Shown here: piece by piece, positions 56,902 to 64,000 of the stretch
Layout of the letters: the number at the start of each line of letters is the position of its first letter
Numbering within the stretch: position 1 is the stretch's first letter
Origin: the human T2T-CHM13v2.0 reference genome, Homo sapiens
NCBI RefSeq assembly: GCF_009914755.1
Contig: NC_060938.1
DNA: 64,000 bases
Direction: 5' to 3' (one strand)
The notes under the pieces: model-generated
Told to the model about the DNA's origin: nothing
The model's database searches: none
Seen by the model: only the letters and a program-made list of their open reading frames with translations
Position numbers and translations under genes: made by a program

Positions 56902-57055
56902 AGCAGTGGTTTGCAAACTTGACTGTGCATAAGAAACATCTGGAAAGCATAAAAAATGCAGATTCTAGGGGCACACCTGCAGAGTCTCATTGAGTAGATC
57001 TGGAATGAAATCCCAGAAATTGCGTTTTTTAACAAGCACCCCAGGTGAAATGCAT
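56902..57055. mobile_element. MER5A (hAT-Charlie DNA transposon)
   Basis: 'cagtggtttgcaaactt...aatgcagattctaggg...tttttaacaagcaccccaggtga'. Confidence 0.75.
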
Positions 57056-58039
57056 CCCACAGTCTTTCTATCTTAATGTGATTTTTATAATCCAAATTGC
57101 ATTTAAATCTTTTGAAGAAAATGGAAGTAGGGAGACAATCCAAAATGCATCTTGACAGTTTTGTAGATAGTCTTTCTCTGGCTTTTCGAGATTTTAAATC
57201 AAAATTTTATGGCATATCAAGCCATAATATGAATGCTTTTTTTTTGAACCAAACAAATCAAACAAAGAAAAGATGTGTCCCCAGAAAATTATTCAGCTCC
57301 CCCAAAGCAAGCATCTTTTTAGGTGGGCTATTTCAAGGAGCTGAGTTTCATATGCTCGTGTTAACAATCTTAGCCACATTATTTAATTTAAGCATAAAGC
57401 TTTAATTTTTTGCATTCAGAATGGAAGTATAAAAGTCGTGCAACCAACTCAAGATGCTCACATATCCATGGCATATTCAATCAACAGTGAAATATGACTT
57501 CAACTGTTCTGCAATATGAACCCCAATATTTGCCATCATAGTACCTACATTTTTTTTATTTTAAAAGTCCGAGACCCTAACTACTAACTTTACGTAATAG
57601 TAACATTAAGCGCAGCAAATCTAACTAGACCAATGGTATATAACACTAGTCTGTATAGTAATTGCTCTTTTCAAATCAACTTCTTCTTGGTCTTGGGAGG
57701 AAATATTACGTTGTCTTCAGCAACTTAGAAATCTGTGAGGTATTGTTTTGTTTTGTTTTGTTTTTTGTACTTGAAATTGGGTTTTACTTTCTACAGTTTT
57801 TAATTATTTTTTCTTTCTGCTTTTTCACTAGGCTTCATAGATCTCCCTTGCACATGTGCAATTTTGCTGTGAGCCAGAAATTTGCATAGTTCATTCTTTG
57901 AATTTGGGTCTCATACTTTCTGAGGTTGGCTTGTTGCCAAAACTTTCCTTTTAAATTTTTAGCTGTTTTTAAGGTCTAAATTCTCATTTCTAGCACTTTT
58001 AATCAGGGACTTCATTTTTTTCTCCATTAATAAAAATTT

Positions 58040-58240
58040 TAATTTTCTACTGATACATAATGGATGTACATATTTTGGTAGTACATGTGATAATTTAATG
58101 CATTCATATAATTTGTAAAAATGAAACTAATGTAATTGAGTATCCAACACCTTAAATATTTGTCTGTTTCTTATGCTAGAAACACCTGAATGATTATCTT
58201 CTAACTATTCTGAACTGTACAGTAGCTTGTTGTAAACTAT
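58040..58240 (-). mobile_element. L1MA 3' end fragment
   Basis: 'gatacataatggatgtacatattttggtagtacatgtgataattt...ttgttgtaaactat'. Confidence 0.7.
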
Positions 58241-58249
58241 TATTTCTGG

Positions 58250-58397
58250 GCAAGGCCAGCTCCACGGCTACACGATCAGTGTGGCTGCAGAGACAGGCAC
58301 TTGGTTTTATGCTCTACTTCAAAGTCTTAGAATTCTTAATAATTTTTGAACAAGGTACCTCACATTTTCATCGAGCCTTGTAAACAGTGTATCCAGT
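58250..58397. mobile_element. MER45A-like DNA transposon
   Basis: 'cttggttttatgctct...aattcttaataatttttgaacaagg...cacattttcat'. Confidence 0.6.
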
Positions 58398-59119
58398 TAG
58401 TTTCCTTGATAATATCGAGGTGTGATATTTAATGTTTCTTTCAATAAACATTACCAGTGTGAATACGCTGCTCGGTGTGGCCATAATGCACTAACGCATT
58501 TTTGCTTTGTACCTATGTTATTGCCAACCACTGAACTAAAGAAGGGAATAAAGATATAATCCTTGCCCCCAAAGCATTGCAAACATATTGGAGGAACTTA
58601 GTGTCTCTGTATCAGATGGCATGCACTAAATATTCGCCATGAATACTCTTCCTGAATGCAAAGTCACAATTTTATATGACTTTATTCATGCACTAACAGA
58701 CATATTGTACCTATTATTCTAAATGCGTGGAGGTTGGGACGATGTCTAAAACTCAGGTCATATCAGGCATTTTGTATCATGGAAAAGAACAGAATGATTC
58801 ACTATCTAGTTGATGATGGTGGAGTTGGGTGGACGTAGCTACAGCGGTTCACAGTGGCCCATAGACTCTCTGGAAGTATTTTTCAGTAACACCAGGAGAT
58901 GACCCTGAAGGCACAAATAATTTTCTCTCCCTCCATTTGATACGGACACAGGTTTATCCATTAACAGGATTCCAGAGCTAATCAGAATTACCTCTGATTT
59001 GGGTTTTACTCACACACCTGCTGGAAATCCATGCATGAGCTTTGTGAGAAAGGGCACAAAGGAAACCAGCCTGAAGTCTGCAGGGGCCACACAGTGCAAG
59101 CCAACAGCAGAGCTGACAC

Positions 59120-60200
59120 AGATGCCAGAATGGTCAAAAACGAACATTTACAAAGCAATTATTGCTATATCCCACATCTTCAAAAGGTTAAGTAGAGGCA
59201 TGAGAGATTAAAAAGGCCCAAACTGAACTTTTAGGGAAGAAAACTACAGTTTCCTGAGGTCAAAAAATACACAAAGTGGAAATTACAGCAGATTAGACAT
59301 TGCAGGAAAAAAATTGTAAATTTGAAAGTGTGGCAATAAAAACTCCATAATGTAACATAGAAAAAATAATAGTTAAAAAAACTGAGAGCATTAGTGGGGC
59401 TAATCACAGAATGTGAGACTACTCCCAGTAGTCCAATATACATGGAATTAAAATCCTCAAAGATGGAAAAAGCAGAAGTATTAAACCCACAGATCCCAGA
59501 AGTTTAGCCCCAAGCACAAGAACCAAGAAGAAAACGACACCAAGACATGTGAAAACCAAATTGCTCAAACCAGAAATAAAAAGAAGACGCTGAAAGCCAG
59601 GAGATGTGGGAGAGGGGAAGTCATGTATATATGTATATATATATATATATATATTTTTTTTTTTTTTATTTTTTTTTTCCAGGAGTCTTGCTCTGTCGCC
59701 AAGATGGGAGTGCAGTGGTGCAATCTCCTCTCACCGCAACCTCTGCCTCCCAGGTTGAAGCAATTCTCCTGCCTCAGCCTCCCAAGTAGCTAGCACTACA
59801 GGCACCCGCCACCACGCCCAGCTGATTTTTTTTTTTTTGTATTTTTAGTAGAGACGGGGTTTCATCATGTTGGACAGGCTAGTCTTGAGCTCCTGACCTT
59901 GTGATCTGCCCTCCTCAGCCTCCCAAAGTATTGGGATTACAGGTGTGAGCCACAGCACCTGCCTAGTCAGATTCTACACAGAGGAATGAAGATAAGAATG
60001 GCCGTCTATCTCTCATCTCAAACAAGGGAAGGGAAGAGACAGAGGAGCAAAATCTCTCCAGGATTGAAAGGAAAAAAGTCAACCTAAAATTCTCTACCAG
60101 AGAAAATATCTTTCAAAGATCAAGGTAAAATCGAGTTTTCCAGACATATAAATGAAGAAATAATTCGTTACCAGCAGAACACACCACAAGAAATGTTGCA
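59120..60200 (+). mobile_element. Old L1M ORF1 fragment, interrupted by an Alu
   Basis: 'cagattagacattgcagg', 'aaacccacagatcccagaag', 'gaaaatatctttcaaa', 'ttaccagcagaac...caagaaatgtt'. Confidence 0.7.
59654..59963 (-). mobile_element. AluS with (TA)n next to its tail
   Basis: Reverse Alu with polyT; (TA)n at ~59626-59654. Confidence 0.92.
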
Positions 60201-60730
60201 GATGGTGGATCCAGGAACACGGTTAGGACTGAATTGTCCTCAGGGATTATTGAACTAGTGTTTATCTTACTCCTAAACGAAGTGGTTCCAGTGGGCTGTT
60301 TTTCTTAATGTTTCAGTTTATGTTCCCAATGTTATAATTTTGTAGTTTTCACAAAACCACTAATAGCCTTTAGCCACCATTTCTCACACTTACCACTCTC
60401 CTTTTCTGTAACAGTCCCTCTTTTCTGTCCTAATTTGCTGCTTCTAATAAGTGGCCCTAGAAACCAGATAAGAACATGTATTCGAAATGCGAATAAGTTA
60501 AAATAGCCCCATAAATTGTACCATAGATTTTGTGTGATATACTTAGTCACTCAGAAGCTTTTTCCCAATCTATATTGTGAAAAATATGATATAACAATTA
60601 TTATAAGGAAAACTATTACATACTGAATGGCCACTGTGTGTTAGTCGTTATTCTAAATATTTTATTTATTATTTGTAATCTTTTTTATGGACTCTAGATT
60701 CTACTTCCAGAGTATATAATGTGTATATAA

Positions 60731-61066
<336 letters not shown>

Positions 61067-62581
61067 TAAAGTACCAGCTTTGAACACAGACATCTCTGGT
61101 TAAAAATCACGGCTGTGTTGCTCCCGAGAACTACACCTGTGAACAGGTTGCCCAGGCTCTGTTATTTATGTAGGCAACCCCAAGGCCAGTACATGACCCT
61201 GTGATTACTGGAAGCACAGTATACGACAGGGGATTCAAATGGTAAACTAAGGATGTTTAGAATTTATTTACCTAATGTCATAAAGTAAACACAGGAACAC
61301 TAAAAATTACCACTGATTTAAAAGTTATCTCCCGACTGACTTGTCACTTTGATCTTATTTCACCAAATCCAGGAAATAGAAAATTTCAAGTACATAAATC
61401 AGATTTCTCTGAGATACCTAGATTGATAATCGGCCTCTAATAATCTCCCAAGTATAGCAAGTGCCACACAGTTTCCTTAAGGAATCCCCAAAGTCGGCCA
61501 AGGAAATCAGAAAAGAAAATTGGGCCTAGCTGCATGATGAATGGGTTGGATTCCACCTGCCACTCCAAAGCATGCTGCTGGAATAATCTCCAGTGGCAGG
61601 GGCTTAGCAAGGAGCCATGACTCAAGTTCCACAACCAGCAGACATGCTGCTAAAATAACCCCTATTTTGGGCTGATCCCCAAGACAGTGAGAGGTGCACT
61701 GTGCAAGTTTGAAGGCACATTAATTTTATCAGTGTTCACTCAGCATTTTACTGGCAGCAGTCTGCAGGAATACCATGTCATTTTTGCTTTTCAGATGTGT
61801 ATTGAATTTGCAGAAGGCCTCTTTTCCAAATGATCAATGAATTTCAACACCAGAGTCTTGGAGTCAGACAAGGAAACTTTCAGTACATAGGTAGACCTAA
61901 CCCTTTGTTTGATTTCATTTGGACCTGAAATTAATATTGCTCTCATCACTGACACTGCAGTTCATGGAGTAATTTATACTCTGTGGGGTTATTATGACAT
62001 CCCTTTCAGTGCAGCATCTCTGAAAGCTAAAAATGAAGAAGAGTGAAATATCTCTGAATACAAGCCAAAGAGTTATTCATTTCAATGTCTGTTGGGAGGA
62101 TTTGTAATGGACTGAAGGCCAGGGACCAAGTCAACCCAAGAGGCCATTTCCTAACACCTCATATTGACTACTCATCATCTTCTTATACCAATTCCCACAT
62201 CTGTCTTGTACCTTCCTTTTTCTCTTCTTCTGTCTTTGTGTTTTTCTCTATTGATCTGTTATCATGCTCTATTCTTTTTTCTCTCTCCTTTTCTCTTTTC
62301 TTCCATTTCTTTGGCCCTTAGCACTTCTTTTTTTCTATCCTTCATTCTTTTTACTACTTTTCACATAATATAGAATTAAGTCTAGATGTTGTATTCATCA
62401 TGTTTTAGTGTCCTACTCTTCTGAAAATTGGAGCAAACGAAAAGGTTTGCCCATGTCTGAAAAATTAAGCAGTTTTTCATGTGGCCCATGATGCTTTTCT
62501 TTACAGTCAATGGGCACTTTATGAGGAAGCACAAATACAAAGCTGCTTTTCATTCAGGGCCCCAAGAAAGTCAAGACTAGT

Positions 62582-62961
62582 TGTATTAGTCCATTCTCAT
62601 GCTGCTAATAAACATGTACTAGAGACAGGGTAATTTAGAAAGTAAAGAGATTTAATAGACTCATAGTTCCTCAGGACTGGGGAGGATTCTGGAAACTTAC
62701 TATCATGACAAAAGGGGAAGCAAACACTTCCTTCTTCACATGGTGGCAGGAAGGGGAAGTGCTGAGCAAAAGGGGAAAAGCCCCTTACAAAACCATCAGA
62801 TCTCATGAAAACGTACTCACTGTCACAAGAAGAGTAGCATGGGGGTAACAACGCCCATGATTCAATTACCTCCAACCAGGTCACTTCCACAACACCTGGG
62901 GATTGTGGGAACTACAATTCAAGATGAGATTTGGATGGGGACACAGAGCCAAACCATATCA
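62582..62961 (-). mobile_element. THE1 (THE1D-like) MaLR solo LTR
   Basis: TGTATTAGTCCATTCTCA...CCAAACCATATCA; 5-bp TSD CTAGT/CTAAT. Confidence 0.9.
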
Positions 62962-63735
62962 CTAATCTTAGTCTCAATTTTCCCGTCATCAGAATATTGT
63001 CAGCACTTACTTTAATACCCCATGCGTTCATGTCCCTTTTGTAATTCACTCTTTCTAAAGAACATTCTTCTCTTTGGCTACACAGCTTATCTTTCCATCT
63101 TTTTTTTTTTTAAGTATAACTTATGTAAAAACTTTAAGGCTTCTGTGTCTTTTCTACATTTTCACTGGCTCTCTGAGGGGTCATCTCAGGTGCCAACGAA
63201 GGCAGTCTTCAGTCTGGATTCCTTTCAAGGATGTGAAATTATCTCTTCAAAATACATTAGGTAATGTCTGCCTACTTTGGATTTTGTGACGGCTTGAAAC
63301 AATGCAGTCCACATTTTAACTGACAAGTTTAGAGGTGTCAGTGGTATTTGAGCTTTCTGTGCCTCAAAAACTCACCATCTCACACTGTTCATTGTCACCA
63401 GATCTAATTGTGTCTCAGGTGACTTCATAATGTTCTCAAGGCCAGGTGCTGAGGCAGGAGGAAAGGACACACCCCAGAGGCAGGACTGTGAGTTTGAAGT
63501 CACCGCCAGCGTCTGCCCATTGCACTGTGCCCAGGACTCCTGTTTCCATGGACTGGGCTGGACCATGCTGTAGCCCTGGGCGCTGCCTGCACCTGAGAAT
63601 TATCCAAAGCACTTGCAAAATGTGTGAATCCCTTGCCCTTAGCCTAAGGAATTTCAATTTATAAATTATTTCTGCCTGTGGGTCTCGAACATGGATAATT
63701 TTAAAATCTTCTTAAGAAATGCTGATGTGCAACCA

Positions 63736-63926
63736 GGGTTAAGGACCACAGAGCGAGAATGCCCAGAAGGCTTGGCGGAACTCAGATCCTTGGGCCCTGG
63801 GTTAAGGACCACAGAGCGAGAATGCCCAGAAGGCTTGGCGGAACTCAGATCCCTGGACCCTGGGTTAAGGGCCACTGAGGGAGAATGCCCAGAAGGCTTG
63901 GTGGAACTCAGATCCCTGGACTCTGG
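63736..63926. repeat. 63-bp tandem repeat, 3 copies
   Basis: GGGTTAAGG anchor at 63736, 63799, 63862. Confidence 0.9.
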
Positions 63927-64000
63927 ACCATCATAGCAGTCACAGATCCAGGATGAGGCCACAGATGAATCCCCAGCTGAGGTGATGCTGCTGGCCTGGG

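Overview
Catarrhine primate (probably human) genomic DNA with no convincing protein-coding gene; the ORF track is almost entirely Alu, LTR, L1 and satellite read-through. There are three zones. (1) 1-16000 is a nested stack of retroelements. An old plus-strand L1 is interrupted by a class III (ERVL/HERV-S-like) provirus carrying a decayed gamma-type env, which in turn hosts a heavily deleted HERV-H and two Alus. The same L1 is also interrupted by a TSD-flanked 2-kb insert that looks like an ancient L1 3' transduction. (2) 16001-~44630 is a GC/CpG-rich SST1/NBL2 (MER22)-type macrosatellite of 19 full ~1.4-kb monomers plus one differently built terminal unit. It has a near-perfect 2810-bp dimeric higher-order domain and a shuffled distal domain. 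Each monomer carries an NRF1-CCAAT-TATA module pointing at an ATG-initiated 101-codon ORF. (3) ~44630-64000 is ordinary, largely unique DNA with Alus, MIRs, MER5/MER45, a THE1 LTR and several small tandem repeats. Repeat family and subfamily names come from recalled consensus sequences, not a database search, and divergence figures are estimates by eye.
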